Shown: one piece after another, positions 11,701 through 27,000 of the stretch | Layout: every line of letters starts with the position of its first letter | Position numbering within the stretch: position 1 is the first letter of the stretch | Assembly (NCBI RefSeq): GCF_009914755.1 | Contig: NC_060936.1 | Strand: one strand, 5' to 3' | DNA length: 64,000 nucleotides | DNA from: the human T2T-CHM13v2.0 reference genome, Homo sapiens | Translations under genes and position numbers: made by a program | Notes under the pieces: generated by a model | Seen by the model: only the letters and a program-made list of their open reading frames with translations | Told to the model about the DNA's origin: nothing | Databases searched by the model: none

Positions 11701-14700
11701 AGAGGTCCAAATATCCACTTGCAGACTTTACAAAGACAGTGTCTCCAAACTCCTCCATCAAAAGAAAGGTTATACTCTGTGAATTGAACGCACACATCTC
11801 AAAGTAGTTTCTGAGAATGATTCTGTCTAGTTTTTATACGAAGATATTTCCTTTTCTACATTTGGCCTAAAAGCGCTTGAAATCTCCACCTGCAAATATC
11901 ACAAAAAGAAGGTTTCACATCTGCTCTGTCTAAAGGACAGTTCACCTCTGTGAGTTGAATAGAGGCAACACAAAGAACTTACTCAGTATTCTTCTTTCTT
12001 GCGTTCTATGAAGAAATCCCGTTTCCAACGAAGGCCCCAAAGAGGTCCAAATATCTGCTTGCACACTTTACAGACAGAGTGTTTCCAAACTACTCTATGA
12101 AAAGAAAGCTTAAACTCCTTGAGTTGAACGCACACATCACAAAGTAGTTTCTGAGAATGATTCTGTCTAGTTTTTATACGAAGATGTTTCCTTTTCTACA
12201 TTTGGTCTCAAAGCGATTGAAATCTCCAACTGGAAACTGCACAAATAGGGTGTTTCAAATCTGCTCTGTCTAAAGGAAGGTTCAACTCTGTGAGTTGAAT
12301 ACACACACCACAAATAAGTTACTGAGAATTCTTGTGTCGAACATTACTTGAAGAAATCCCGTTTCCAACGAAGGCCTCAAAGAGGTCCAAATATTCACTT
12401 GCAGATATTACAAACAGAGTGTTTCCAAACTGCTCCATCAAAAGAAAGGTTAAACTCTGTGAGCTGAACACACACATCAAAAAGAAGTTTCTGTGAATGA
12501 TTCTGTCAAGATTTTATAAGATGTTTCCATTTCTACCGTAGGACTCAAAGCGCTTGAAATCTCCAGCTGCAAATTCCACAAAAAGGGTGTTTAACATCTG
12601 CTCTTCTAAAGGAAAGTTCAACTCTATGAGTTGAATACACACAGCACAAAGAAGTTACTGAGACTTCTCCTATCAAACATTATATGAAGAAATCCCGTTT
12701 CCAACGAAGGCCTCAAAGAGGTCCAAATATCTGCTTGCAGACTTTAAAGACAGAGTTTTTCCAAACTGCTCCATCAAAAGAAAGGTTAAACTCCTTGAGT
12801 TGAAAACACACATCACAAAGTAGTTTCTGTGAATGATTCTGTCTAGTTTCTATACGAAGATGTTTCCTTTTCTACCTTTGGTCTCAAAGCGATTGAAATC
12901 TCCACATGGAAACTCCCCAAAAAGAGTGTTTCAAATCTGCTCTTTCTGAAGGAAGGTTCAACTCTGTGAGTTGAATACACACACCACAAATAAGTTCCTG
13001 AGAATTCTTCTGTGTAACATTATATGAGGAAATCCCGTTTCCAACGAAGGCCTCAAAGAGGTCCAAATATCCACTTGCAGACTTTACAAAGACAGTGTCT
13101 CCAAACTCCTCCATCAAAAGAAAGGTTATACTCTGTGAATTGAACGCACACATCACAAAGTAGTTTCTGAGAATGATTCTGTCTAGTTTTTATACGAAGA
13201 TATTTCCTTTTCTACATTTGGCCTAAAAGCGCTTGAAATCTCCACCTGCAAATATCACAAAAAGAGGGTTTCACATCTGCTCTGTCTAAAGGACAGTTCA
13301 CCTCTGTGAGTTGAATAGAGGCAACACAAAGAACTTACTCAGTATTCTTCTTTCTAGCGTTCTATGAAGAAATCCCGTTTCCAACGAAGGCCCCAAAGAG
13401 GTCCAAATATCTGCTTGCAGACTTTACAGACAGAGTGTTTCCAAACTACTCTATGAAAAGAAAGCTTAAACTCCTTGAGTTGAACGCACACATCACAAAG
13501 TAGTTTCTGAGAATGATTCTGTCTAGTTTATATACGAAGATGTTTCCTTTTCTACATTTGGTCTCAAAGCGATTGAAATCTCCAACTGGAAACTGCACAA
13601 ATAGGGTGTTTCAAATCTGCTCTGTCTAAAGGAAGGTTCAACTCTGTGAGTTGAATACACACACCACAAATAAGTTACTGAGAATTCTTCTGTCGAACAT
13701 TACTTGAAGAAATCCCGTTTCCAACGAAGGCCTCAAAGAGGTCCAAATATCCACTTGCAGATATTACAAACAGAGTGTTTCCAAACTGCTCCATCAAAAG
13801 AAAGGTTAAACTCTGTGAGCTGAACACACACATCAAAAAGAAGTTTCTGTGAATGATTCTGTCTAGATTTTATAAGAAGATGTTTCCTTTTCTACCGTAG
13901 GCCTCAAAGCACTTGAAATCTCCAGCTGCAAATTCCACAAAAAGGGTGTTTAACATCTGCTCTTCTAAAGGAAAGTTCAACTCTATGCGTTGAATACACA
14001 CAGCACAAAGAAGTTACTGAGACTTCTCCTATCAAACATTATATGAAGAAATCCCGTTTCCAACGAAGGCCTCAAAGAGGTCCAAATATCTGCTTGCAGA
14101 CTTTACAGACAGAGTGTTTCCAAACTGCTCCATCAAAAGAAAGGTTAAACTCCTTGAGTTGAACACACACATCACAAAGTAGTTTCTGTGAATGATTCTG
14201 TCTAGTTTTTATACGAAGATGTTTCCTTTTCTACCTTTGGTCTCAAAGCGATTGAAATCTCCACATGGAAACTCCACAAAAAGAGTGTTTCAAATCTGCT
14301 CTTTCTGAAGGAAGGTTCAACTCTGTGAGTTGAATACAAACACCACAAATAAGTTACTGAGAATTCTTCTGTGTAACATTATATGAGGAAATCCCGTTTC
14401 CAACGAAGGCCTCAAAGAGGTCCAAATATCCACTTGCAGACTTTACAAAGACAGTGTCTCGAAACTCCTCCATCAAAAGAAAGGTTATACTCTGTGAATT
14501 GAACGCACACATCACAAAGTAGTTTCTGAGAATGATTCTGTCTAGTTTTTATACGAAGATATTTCCTTTTCTACATTTGGCCTAAAAGCGCTTGAAATCT
14601 CCACCTGCAAATATCACAAAAAGAGGGTTTCACATCTGCTCTGTCTAAAGGACAGTTCACCTCTGTGAGTTGAATAGAGGCAACACAAAGAACTTACTGA

Positions 14701-17700
14701 GTATTCTTCTTTCTAGCGTTCTATGAAGAAATCCCGTTTCCAACGAAGGCCCCAATGAGGTCCAAATATCTGCTTGCAGACTTTACAGACAGAGTGTTTC
14801 CAAACTACTCTATGAAAAGAAAGCTTAAACTCCTTGAGTTGAACGCACACATCACAAAGTAGTTTCTGAGAATGATTCTGTCTAGTTTTTATACGAAGAT
14901 ATTTCCTTTTCTACATTTGGTCTCAAAGCGATTGAAATCTCCAACTGGAAACTGCACAAATAGGGTGTTTCAAATCTGCTCTCTCTAAAGGAAGGTTCAA
15001 CTCTGTGAGTTGAATACACACACCACAAATAAGTTACTGAGAATTCTTCTGTCGAACATTACTTGAAGAAATCCCTTTTCCAACGAAGACCTCAAAGAGG
15101 TCCAAATATCCACTTGCAGACATTACAAACAGAGTGTTTCCAAACTGCTCCATCAAAAGAAAGGTTAAACTCTGTGAGCTGAACACACACATCAAAAAGA
15201 AGTTTCTGTGAATGATTCTGTCTAGATTTTATAAGAAGATGTTTCCTTTTCTACCGTAGGCCACAAAGCGCTTGAAATCTCCAGCTGCAAATTCCACAAA
15301 AAGGGTGTTTAACATCTGCTCTTCTAAAGGAAAGTTAAACTCTATGCGTTGAATACACACAGCACAAAGAAGTTACTGAGACTTCTCCTATCAAACATTA
15401 TATGAAGAAATCGCGTTTCCAACGAAGGCCTCAAAGAAGTCCTAATATCCACTTGCAGACATTACAAACAGAGTGTTTCCAAACTGTTCCATCAAAAGAA
15501 AGGTTAAACTCTGTGAGCTGAACACACACATGAAAAAGAAGTTTCTGTGAATGATTCTGTCTAGATTTTACACGAAGATGTTTCCTTTTCTACCTTTGGT
15601 CTCAATGCGATTGAAATCTCCACATGGAAACTCCACAAAAAGAGTGTTTCAAATCTGCTCTTTCTGAAGGAAGGTTCAACTCTGTGAGTTGAATACACAC
15701 ACCACAAATAAGTTACTGAGAATTCTTCTGTGTAACATTATATGAGGAAATCCCGTTTCCAACGAAGGCCTCAAAGAGGTCCAAATATCCACTTGCAGAC
15801 TTTACAAAGACAGTGTCTCCAAACTCCTCCATCAAAAGAAAGGTTATACTCTGTGAATTGAACGCACACATCACAAAGTAGTTTCTGAGAGTGATTCTGT
15901 CTAGTTTTTATACGAAGATATTTCCTTTTCTACATTTGGCCTAAATGCGCTTGAAATCTCCACCTGCAAATATCACAAAAAGAGGGTTTCACATCTGCTC
16001 TGTCTAAAGGACAGTTCACCTCTGTGAGTTGAATAGAGGCAACACAAAGAACTTACTCAGGATTCTTCTTTCTAGCGTTCTTTGAAGAAATCCTGTTTCC
16101 AACGAAGGCCCCAAAGAGGTCCAAATATCTGCTTGCAGACTTTACAGACAGAGTGTTTCCAAACTACTCTATGAAAAGAAATCTTAAACTCCTTGAGTTG
16201 AACGCACACATCACAAAGTAGTTTCTGAGAATGATTCTGTCTAGTTTTTATACGAAGATGTTTCCTTTTCTACATTTGGTCTCAAAGCGATTGAAATCTC
16301 CAACTGGAAACTGCACAAATAGGGGGTTTCAAATCTGCTCTGTCTAAAGGAAGGTTCAACTCTGTGAGTTGAATACACACACCACAAATAAGTTACTGAG
16401 AATTCTTCTGTCGCACATTAATTGAAGAAATCCCGTTTCCAACGAAGGCCTCAAAGAGGTCCAAATATCCACTTGCAGACATTACAAACAGAGTGTTTCC
16501 AAACTGCTCCATCAAAAGAAAGGTTAAACTCTGTGAGCTGAACACACACATCAAAAAGAAGTTTCTGTGAATGATTCTGTCTAGATTTTGTAAGAAGATG
16601 TTTCCTTTTCTACCGTAGGCCTCAATGCGCTTGAAATCTCCACCTGCAAATTCCACAAAAAGGGTGTTTTACATCTGCTCTTCTAAAGGAAAGTTAAACT
16701 CTATGCGTTGAATACACACAGGACAAAGAAGTTACTGAGACTTCTCCTATCAAACATTATATGAAGAAATCCCGTTTCCAACGAAGGCCTCGAAGAGGTC
16801 CAAATATCTGCTTGCAGACTTTACAGACAGAGTTTTTCCAAACTGCTCCATCAAAAGAAAGGTTAAACTCCTTGAGTTGAACACACACATCACAAAGTAG
16901 TTTCTGTGAATGATTCTGTCTAGTTTTTATACGAAGATGTTTCCTTTTCTACCTTTGGTCTCAATGCGATTGAAATCTCCACATGGAAACTCCACAAAAA
17001 GAGTGTTTCAAATCTGCTCTTTCTGAAGGAAGGTTCAACTCTGTGAGTTGAATACACACACCACAAATAAGTTACTGAGAATTCTTCTGTGTAACATTAT
17101 ATGAGGAAATCCCGTTTCCAACGAAGGCCTCAAAGAGGTCCAAATATCCACTTGCAGACTTTACAAAGACAGTGTCTCCAAACTCCTCCATCAAAAGAAA
17201 GGTTATACTCTGTGAATTGAACGCACACATCACAAAGTAGTTTCTGAGAATGATTCTGTCTAGTTTTTATACGAAGATATTTCCTTTTCTACATTTGGCC
17301 TAAAAGCGCTTGAAACCTCCACCTGCAAATATCACAAAAAGAGGGTTTCACATCTGCTCTGTCTAAAGGACAGTTCACCTCTGTGAGTTGAATAGAGGCA
17401 ACACAAAGAACTTACTCAGTATTCTTCTTTCTTGCGTTCTATGAAGAAATCCCGTTTCCAACGAAGGCCCCAAAGAGGTCCAAATATCTGCTTGCACACT
17501 TTACGGACAGAGTGTTTCCAAACTACTCTATGAAAAGAAAGCTTAAACTCCTTGAGTTGAACGCACACATCACAAAGTAGTTTCTGAGAATGATTCTGTC
17601 CAGTTTTTATACGAAGATGTTTCCTTTTCTACATTTGGTCTCAAAGCGATTGAAATCTCCAACTGGAAACTGCACAAATAGGGTGTTTCAAATCTGCTCT

Positions 17701-20314
17701 GTCTAAAGGAAGGTTCAACTCTGTGAGTTGAATACACACACCACAAATAAGTTACTGAGAATTCTTGTGTCGAACATTACTTGAAGAAATCCCGTTTCCA
17801 ACGAAGGCCTCAAAGAGGTCCAAATATTCACTTGCAGATATTACAAACAGAGTGTTTCCAAACTGCTCCATCAAAAGAAAGGTTAAACTCTGTGAGCTGA
17901 ACACACACATCAAAAAGAAGTTTCTGTGAATGATTCTGTCAAGATTTTATAAGATGTTTCCATTTCTACCGTAGGACTCAAAGCGCTTGAAATCTCCAGC
18001 TGCAAATTCCACAAAAAGGGTGTTTAACATCTGCTCTTCTAAAGGAAAGTTCAACTCTATGAGTTGAATACACACAGCACAAAGAAGTTACTGAGACTTC
18101 TCCTATCAAACATTATATGAAGAAATCCCGTTTCCAACGAAGGCCTCAAAGAGGTCCAAATATCTGCTTGCAGACTTTAAAGACAGTGTTTTTCCAAACT
18201 GCTCCATCAAAAGAAAGGTTAAACTCCTTGAGTTGAACACACACATCACAAAGTAGTTTCTGTGAATGATTCTGTCTAGTTTCTATACGAAGATGTTTCC
18301 TTTTCTACCTTTGGTCTCAAAGCGATTGAAATCTCCACATGGAAACTCCACAAAAAGAGTGTTTCAAATCTGCTCTTTCTGAAGGAAGGTTCAACTCTGT
18401 GAGTTGAATACACACACCACAAATAAGTTACTGAGAATTCTTCTGTGTAACATTATATGAGGAAATCCCGTTTCCAACGAAGGCCTCAAAGAGGTCCAAA
18501 TATCCACTTGCAGACTTTACAAAGACAGTGTCTCCAAACTCCTCCATCAAAAGAAAGGTTATACTCTGTGAATTGAACGCACACATCACAAAGTAGTTTC
18601 TGAGAATGATTCTGTCTAGTTTTTATACGAAGATATTTCCTTTTCTACATTTGGCCTAAAAGCGCTTGAAATCTCCACCTGCAAATATCACAAAAAGAGG
18701 GTTTCACATCTGCTCTGTCTAAAGGACAGTTCACCTCTGTGAGTTGAGTAGAGGCAACACAAAGAACTTACTCAGTATTCTTCTTTCTAGCGTTCTATGA
18801 AGAAATCACGTTTCCAACGAAGGCCCCAATGAGGTCCAAATATCTGCTTGCAGACTTTACAGACAGAGTGTTTCCAAACTACTCTATGAAAAGAAAGCTT
18901 AAACTTCTTGAGTTGAACGCACACATCACAAAGTAGTTTCTGAGAATGATTCTGTCTAGTTTTTATACGAAGATGTTTCCTTTTCTACATTTGGTCTCAA
19001 AGCGATTGAAATCTCCAACTGGAAACTGCACAAATAGGGTGTTTCAAATCTGCTCTGTCTAAAGGAAGGTTCAACTCTTTGAGTTGAATACACACACCAC
19101 AAATAAGTTACTGAGAATTCTTCTGTCGAACATTACTTGAAGAAATCCCGTTTCCAACGAAGGCCTCAAAGAGGTCCAAATATCCACTTGCAGACATTAC
19201 AAACAGAGTGTTTCCAAACTGCTCCATCAAAAGAAAGGTTAAACTCTGTGAGCTGAACACACACATCAAAAAGAAGTTTCTGTGAATGATTCTGTCTAGA
19301 TTTTATAAGAAGATGTTTCCTTTTCTACCGTAGGCCACAAAGTGCTTGAAATCTCCAGCTGCAAATTCCACAAAAAGGGTGTTTAACATCTGCTCTTCTA
19401 AAGGAAAGTTCAACTCAATGAGTTGAATACACACAGCCCAAAGAAGTTACTGAGACTTCTCCTATCAAACATTATATGAAGAAATCCCGTTTCCAACGAA
19501 GGCCTCAAAGAGGTCCAAATATCTGCTTGCAGACTTTACAAAGACAGTGTCTCCAAACTCCTCCATCAAAAGAAAGGTTATACTCTGTGAATTGAACGCA
19601 CACATCACAAAGTAGTTTCTGAGAATGATTCTGTCTAGTTTTTATACGAAGATATTTCCTTTTCTACATTTGGCCTAAAAGCGCTTGAAGTCTCCACCTG
19701 CAAATATCACAAAAAGAGGGTTTCACATCTGCTCTGTCTAAAGGACAGTTCACCTTTGTGAGTTGAATAGAGGCAACACAAAGAACTTACTCAGTATTCT
19801 TCTTTCTAGCGTTCTATGAAGAAATCCCGTTTCCAACGAAGGCCCCAAAGAGGTCCAAATATCTGCTTGCAGACTTTACAGACAGAGTGTTTCCAAACTA
19901 CTCTATGAAAAGAAAGCTTAAACTCCTTGAGTTGAACGCACACATCACAAAGTAGTTTCTGAGAATGATTCTGTCTAGTTTTTATACGAAGATGTTTCCT
20001 TTTCTACATTTGGTCTCAAAGCGATTGAAATCTCCAACTGGAAACTGCAGAAAAAGGGTGTTTCAAATCTGCTCTGTCTAAAGGAAGGTTCAACTCTGTG
20101 AGTTGAATACACACACCACAAATAAGTTACTGAGAATTCTTCTGTCGAACATTACTTGAAGAAATCCCGTTTCCAACGAAGGCCTCAAAGAGGTCCAAAT
20201 ATCCACTTGCAGACATTACAAACAGAGTGTTTCCAAACTGCTCCATCAAAAGAAAGGTTAAACTCTGTGAGCTGAACACACACATCAAAAAGAAGTTTCT
20301 GTGAATGATTCTGT
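1721..20314. repeat. Tandem duplication of a 7-HOR block, period 9167 bp
   Basis: Rare variants recur at +9167 (acatgtg ~2071/11238; tcgcg 6244/15411; identical ORFs 3717/12884 and 7226/16393). 4x1359+2x1356+1019=9167. Confidence 0.93.
9508..10526 (-). repeat. 6-mer HOR deletion variant (1019 bp); further copies start at 18675, 21050, 23428, 29883, 32261, 35998, 45848
   Basis: The hybrid C/D monomer atatctgcttgcagactttacaaagacagtgtctcc lies at ~10352-10388, and the unit is 340 bp shorter than canonical. Confidence 0.93.
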
Positions 20315-21049
20315 CAAGATTTTATAAGATGTTTCCATTTCTACCGTAGGACTCAAAGCGCTTGAAATCTCCAGCTGCAAATTCCACAAAAAGGGTGTTT
20401 AACATCTGCTCTTCTAAAGGAAAGTTCAACTCTATGAGTTGAATACACACAGCACAAAGAAGTTACTGAGACTTCTCCTATCAAACATTATATGAAGAAA
20501 TCCCGTTTCCAACGAAGGCCTCAAAGAGGTCCAAATATCTGCTTGCAGACTTTAAAGACAGAGTTTTTCCAACCTGCTCCATCAAAAGAAAGGTTAAACT
20601 CCTTGAGTTGAACACACACATCACAAAGTAGTTTCTGTGAATGATTCTGTCTAGTTTTTATACGAAGATGTTTCCTTTTCTACCTTTGGTCTCAAAGCGA
20701 TTGAAATCTCCACATGGAAACTCCACAAAAAGAGTGTTTCAAATCTGCTCTTTCTGAAGGAAGGTTCAACTCTGTGAGTTGAATACACACACCACAAATA
20801 AGTTACTGAGAATTCTTCTGTGTAACATTATATGAGGAAATCCCGTTTCCAACGAAGGCCTCAAAGAGGTCCAAATATCCACTTGCAGACTTTACAAAGA
20901 CAGTGTCTCCAAACTCCTCCATCAAAAGAAAGGTTATACTCTGTGAATTGAACGCACACATCACAAAGTAGTTTCTGAGAATGATTCTGTCTAGTTTTTA
21001 TACGAAGATATTTCCTTTTCTACATTTGGCCTAAAAGCGCTTGAAATCT

Positions 21050-24000
21050 CCACCTGCAAATATCACAAAAAGAGGGTTTCACATCTGCTCTGTCTAAAGG
21101 ACAGTTTACCTCTGTGAGTTGAGTAGAGGCAACACAAAGAACTTACTCAGTATTCTTCTTTCTAGCGTTCTATGAAGAAATCACGTTTCCAACGAAGGCC
21201 CCAAAGAGGTCCAAATATCTGCTTGCAGACTTTACAGACAGAGTGTTTCCAAACTACTCTATGAAAAGAAAGCTTAAACTTCTTGAGTTGAACGCACACA
21301 TCACAAAGTAGTTTCTGAGAATGATTCTGTCTAGTTTTTATACGAAGATGTTTCCTTTTCTACATTTGGTCTCAAAGCGATTGAAATCTCCAACTGGAAA
21401 CTGCACAAATAGGGTGTTTCAAATCTGCTCTGTCTAAAGGAAGGTTCAACTCTTTGAGTTGAATACACACACCACAAATAGGTTACTGAGAATTCTTCTG
21501 TCGAACATTACTTGAAGAAATCCCGTTTCCAACGAAGGCCTCAAAGAGGTCCAAATATCGACTTGCAGACATTACAAACAGAGTGTTTCCAAACTGCTCC
21601 ATCAAAAGAAAGGTTAAACTCTGTGAGCTGAACACACACATCAAAAAGAAGTTTCTGTGAATGATTCTGTCTAGATTTTATAAGAAGATGTTTCCTTTTC
21701 TACCGTAGGCCTCAAAGTGCTTGAAATCTCCAGCTGCAAATTCCACAAAAAGGGTGTTTAACATCTGCTCTTCTAAAGGAAAGTTCAACTCAATGAGTTG
21801 AATACACACAGCCCAAAGAAGTTACTGAGACTTCTCCTATCAAACATTATATGAAGAAATCCCGTTTCCAACGAAGGCCTCAAAGAGGTCCAAATATCTG
21901 CTTGCAGACTTTACAAAGACAGTGTCTCCAAACTCCTCCATCAAAAGAAAGGTTATACTCTGTGAATTGAACGCACACATCACAAAGTAGTTTCTGAGAA
22001 TGATTCTGTCTAGTTTTTATACGAAGATATTTCCTTTTCTACATTTGGCCTAAAAGCGCTTGAAGTCTCCACCTGCAAATATCACAAAAAGAGGGTTTCA
22101 CATCTGCTCTGTCTAAAGGACAGTTCACCTTTGTGAGTTGAATAGAGGCAACACAAAGAACTTACTCAGTATTCTTCTTTCTAGCGTTCTATGAAGAAAT
22201 CCCGTTTCCAACGAAGGCCCCAAAGAGGTCCAAATATCTGCTTGCAGACTTTACAGACAGAGTGTTTCCAAACTACTCTATGAAAAGAAAGCTTAAACTC
22301 CTTGAGTTGAACGCACACATCACAAAGTAGTTTCTGAGAATGATTCTGTCTAGTTTTTATACGAAGATGTTTCCTTTTCTACATTTGGTCTCAAAGCGAT
22401 TGAAATCTCCAACTGGAAACTGCAGAAATAGGGTGTTTCAAATCTGCTCTGTCTAAAGGAAGGTTCAACTCTGTGAGTTGAATACACACACCACAAATAA
22501 GTTACTGAGAATTCTTCTGTCGAACATTACTTGAAGAAATCCCGTTTCCAACGAAGGCCTCAAAGAGGTCCAAATATCCACTTGCAGACATTACAAACAG
22601 AGTGTTTCCAAACTGCTCCATCAAAAGAAAGGTTAAACTCTGTGAGCTGAACACACACATCAAAAAGAAGTTTCTGTGAATGATTCTGTCTAGATTTTAT
22701 AAGAAGATATTTCCTTTTCTACCGTAGGCCACAAAGCGCTTGAAATCTCCAGCTGCAAATTCCACAAAAAGGGTGTTTAACATCTGCTCTTCTAAAGGAA
22801 AGTTCAACTCTATGCGTTGAATACACACAGCACAAAGAAGTTACTGAGACTTCTCCTATCAAACATTATATGAAGAAATCCCGTTTCCAACGAAGGCCTC
22901 AAAGAGGTCCAAATATCTGCTTGCAGACTTTAAAGACAGAGTTTTTCCAAACTGCTCCATCAAAAGAAAGGTTAAACTCCTTGAGTTGAAGACACACATC
23001 ACAAAGTAGTTTCTGTGAATGATTCTGTCTAGTTTTTATACGAAGATGTTTCCTTTTCTACCTTTGGTCTCAATGCGATTGAAATCTCCACATGGAAACT
23101 CCACAAAAAGAGTGTTTCAAATCTGCTCTTTCTGAAGGAAGGTTCAACTCTGTGAGTTGAATACACACACCACAAATAAGTTACTGAGAATTCTTCTGTG
23201 TAACATTATATGAGGAAATCCCGTTTCCAACGAAGGCCTCAAAGAGGTCCAAATATCCACTTGCAGACTTTACAAAGACAGTGTCTCCAAACTCCTCCAT
23301 CAAAAGAAAGGTTATACTCTGTGAATTGAACGCACACATCACAAAGTAGTTTCTGAGAATGATTCTGTCTAGTTTTTATACGAAGATATTTCCTTTTCTA
23401 CATTTGGCCTAAAAGCGCTTGAAATCTCCACCTGCAAATATCACAAAAAGAGGGTTTCACATCTGCTCTGTCTAAAGGACAGTTCACCTCTGTGAGTTGA
23501 GTAGAGGCAACACAAAGAACTTACTCAGTATTCTTCTTTCTAGCGTTCTATGAAGAAATCACGTTTCCAACGAAGGCCCCAATGAGGTCCAAATATCTGC
23601 TTGCAGACTTTACAGACAGAGTGTTTCCAAACTACTCTATGAAAAGAAAGCTTAAACTTCTTGAGTTGAACGCACACATCACAAAGTAGTTTCTGAGAAT
23701 GATTCTGTCTAGTTTTTATACGAAGATGTTTCCTTTTCTACATTTGGTCTCAAAGCGATTGAAATCTCCAACTGGAAACTGCACAAATAGGGTGTTTCAA
23801 ATCTGCTCTGTCTAAAGGAAGGTTCAACTCTTTGAGTTGAATACACACAACACAAATAAGTTACTGAGAATTCTTCTGTCGAACATTACTTGAAGAAATC
23901 CCGTTTCCAACGAAGGCCTCAAAGAGGTCCAAATATCCACTTGCAGACATTACAAACAGAGTGTTTCCAAACTGCTCCATCAAAAGAAAGGTTAAACTCT

Positions 24001-27000
24001 GTGAGCTGAACACACACATCAAAAAGAAGTTTCTGTGAATGATTCTGTCTAGATTTTATAAGAAGATGTTTCCTTTTCTACCGTAGGCCTCAAAGTGCTT
24101 GAAATCTCCAGCTGCAAATTCCACAAAAAGGGTGTTTAACATCTGCTCTTCTAAAGGAAAGTTCAACTCAATGAGTTGAATACACACAGCCCAAAGAAGT
24201 TACTGAGACTTCTCCTATCAAACATTATATGAAGAAATCCCGTTTCCAACGAAGGCCTCAAAGAGGTCCAAATATCTGCTTGCAGACTTTACAAAGACAG
24301 TGTCTCCAAACTCCTCCATCAAAAGAAAGGTTATACTCTGTGAATTGAACGCACACATCACAAAGTAGTTTCTGAGAATGATTCTGTCTAGTTTTTATAC
24401 GAAGATATTTCCTTTTCTACATTTGGCCTAAAAGCGCTTGAAGTCTCCACCTGCAAATATCACAAAAAGAGGGTTTCACATCTGCTCTGTCTAAAGGACA
24501 GTTCACCTTTGTGAGTTGAATAGAGGCAACACAAAGAACTTACTCAGTATTCTTCTTTCTAGCGTTCTATGAAGAAATCCCGTTTCCAACGAAGGCCCCA
24601 AAGAGGTCCAAATATCTGCTTGCAGACTTTACAGACAGATTGTTTCCAAACTACTCTATGAAAAGAAAGCTTAAACTCCTTGAGTTGAACGCACACATCA
24701 CAAAGTAGTTTCTGAGAATGATTCTGTCTAGTTTTTATACGAAGATGTTTCCTTTTCTACATTTGGTCTCAAAGCGATTGAAATCTCCAACTGGAAACTG
24801 CACAAATAGGGTGTTTCAAATCTGCTCTGTCTAAAGGAAGGTTCAACTCTGTGAGTTGAATACACACACCACAAATAAGTTACTGAGAATTCTTCTGTCG
24901 AACATTACTTGAAGAAATCCCGTTTCCAACGAAGGCCTCAAAGAGGTCCAAATATCCACTTGCAGACATTACAAACAGAGTGTTTCCAAACTGCTCCATC
25001 AAAAGAAAGGTTAAACTCTGTGAGCTGAACACACACATCAAAAAGAAGTTTCTGTGAATGATTCTGTCTAGATTTTATAAGAACATATTTCCTTTTCTAC
25101 CGTAGGCCACAAAGCGCTTGAAATCTCCAGCTGCAAATTCCACAAAAAGGGTGTTTAACATCTGCTCTTCTAAAGGAAAGTTCAACTCTATGAGTTGAAT
25201 ACACACAGCACAAAAAAGTTACTGAGACTTCTCCTATCAAACATTATATGAAGAAATCCCGTTTCCAACAAAGGCCTCAAAGAGGTCCAAATATCCACTT
25301 GCAGACATTACAAACAGAGTGTTTCCAAACTGTTCCATCAAAAGAAAGATTAAACTCTGTGAGCTGAACACACACATGAAAAAGAAGTTTCTGTGAATGA
25401 TTCTGTCTAGATTTTATACGAAGATGTTTCCTTTTCTACCTTTGGTCTCAATGCGATTGAAATCTCCACATGGAAACTCCACAAAATGTGTGTTTCAAAT
25501 CTGCTCTTTCTGAAGGAAGGTTCAACTCTGTGAGTTGAATAAACACACCACAAATAAGTTACTGAGAATTCTTCTGTGTAACATTATATGAGGAAATCCC
25601 GTTTCCAACGAAGGCCTCAAAGAGGTCCAAATATCCACTTGCAGACTTTACAAAGACAGTGTCTCCAAACTCCTCCATCAAAAGAAAGGTTATACTCTGT
25701 GAATTGAACGCACACATCACAAAGTTGTTTCTGAGAATGATTCTGTCTAGTTTTTATACGAAGATATTTCCTTTTCTACATTTGGCCTAAAAGCGCTTGA
25801 AATCTCCACCTGCAAATATCACAAAAAGAGGGTTTCACATCTGCTCTGTCTAAAGGACAGTTCACCTCTGTGAGTTGAATAGAGGCAACACAAAGAACTT
25901 ACTCAGTATTCTTCTTTCTAGCGTTCTATGAAGAAATCCCGTTTCCAACGAAGGCCCCAAAGAGGTCCAAATATCTGCTTGCAGACTTTACAGACAGAGT
26001 GTTTCCAAACTACTCTATGAAAAGAAAGCTTAAACTCCTTGAGTTGAACGCACACATCACAAAGTAGTTTCTGAGAATGATTCTGTCTAGTTTATATACG
26101 AAGATGTTTCCTTTTCTACATTTGGTCTCAAAGCGATTGAAATCTCCAACTGGAAACTGCACAAATAGGGTGTTTCAAATCTGCTCTGTCTAAAGGAAGG
26201 TTCAACTCTGTGAGTTGAATACACACACCACAAATAAGTTACTGAGAATTCTTCTGTCGAACATTACTTGAAGAAATCCCGTTTCCAACGAAGGCCTCAA
26301 AGAGGTCCAAATATCCACTTGCAGATATTACAAACAGAGTGTTTCCAAACTGCTCCATCAAAAGAAAGGTTAAACTCTGTGAGCTGAACACACACATCAA
26401 AAAGAAGTTTCTGTGAATGATTCTGTCTAGATTTTATAAGAAGATGTTTCCTTTTCTACCGTAGGCCTCAAAGCACTTGAAATCTCCAGCTGCAAATTCC
26501 ACAAAAAGGGTGTTTAACATCTGCTCTTCTAAAGGAAAGTTCAACTCTATGCGTTGAATACACACAGCACAAAGAAGTTACTGAGACTTCTCCTATCAAA
26601 CATTATGTGAAGAAATCCCGTTTCCAACGAAGGCCTCAAAGAGGTCCAAATATCTGCTTGCAGACTTTACAGACAGAGTGTTTCCAAACTGCTCCATCAA
26701 AAGAAAGGTTAAACTCCTTGAGTTGAACACACACATTACAAAGTAGTTTCTGTGAATGATTCTGTCTAGTTTTTATACGAAGATGTTTCCTTTTCTACCT
26801 TTGGTCTCAAAGCGATTGAAATCTCCACATGGAAACTCCACAAAAAGAGTGTTTCAAATCTGCTCTTTCTGAAGGAAGGTTCAACTCTGTGAGTTGAATA
26901 CAAACACCACAAATAAGTTACTGAGAATTCTTCTGTGTAACATTATATGAGGAAATCCCGTTTCCAACGAAGGCCTCAAAGAGGTCCAAATATCCACTTG

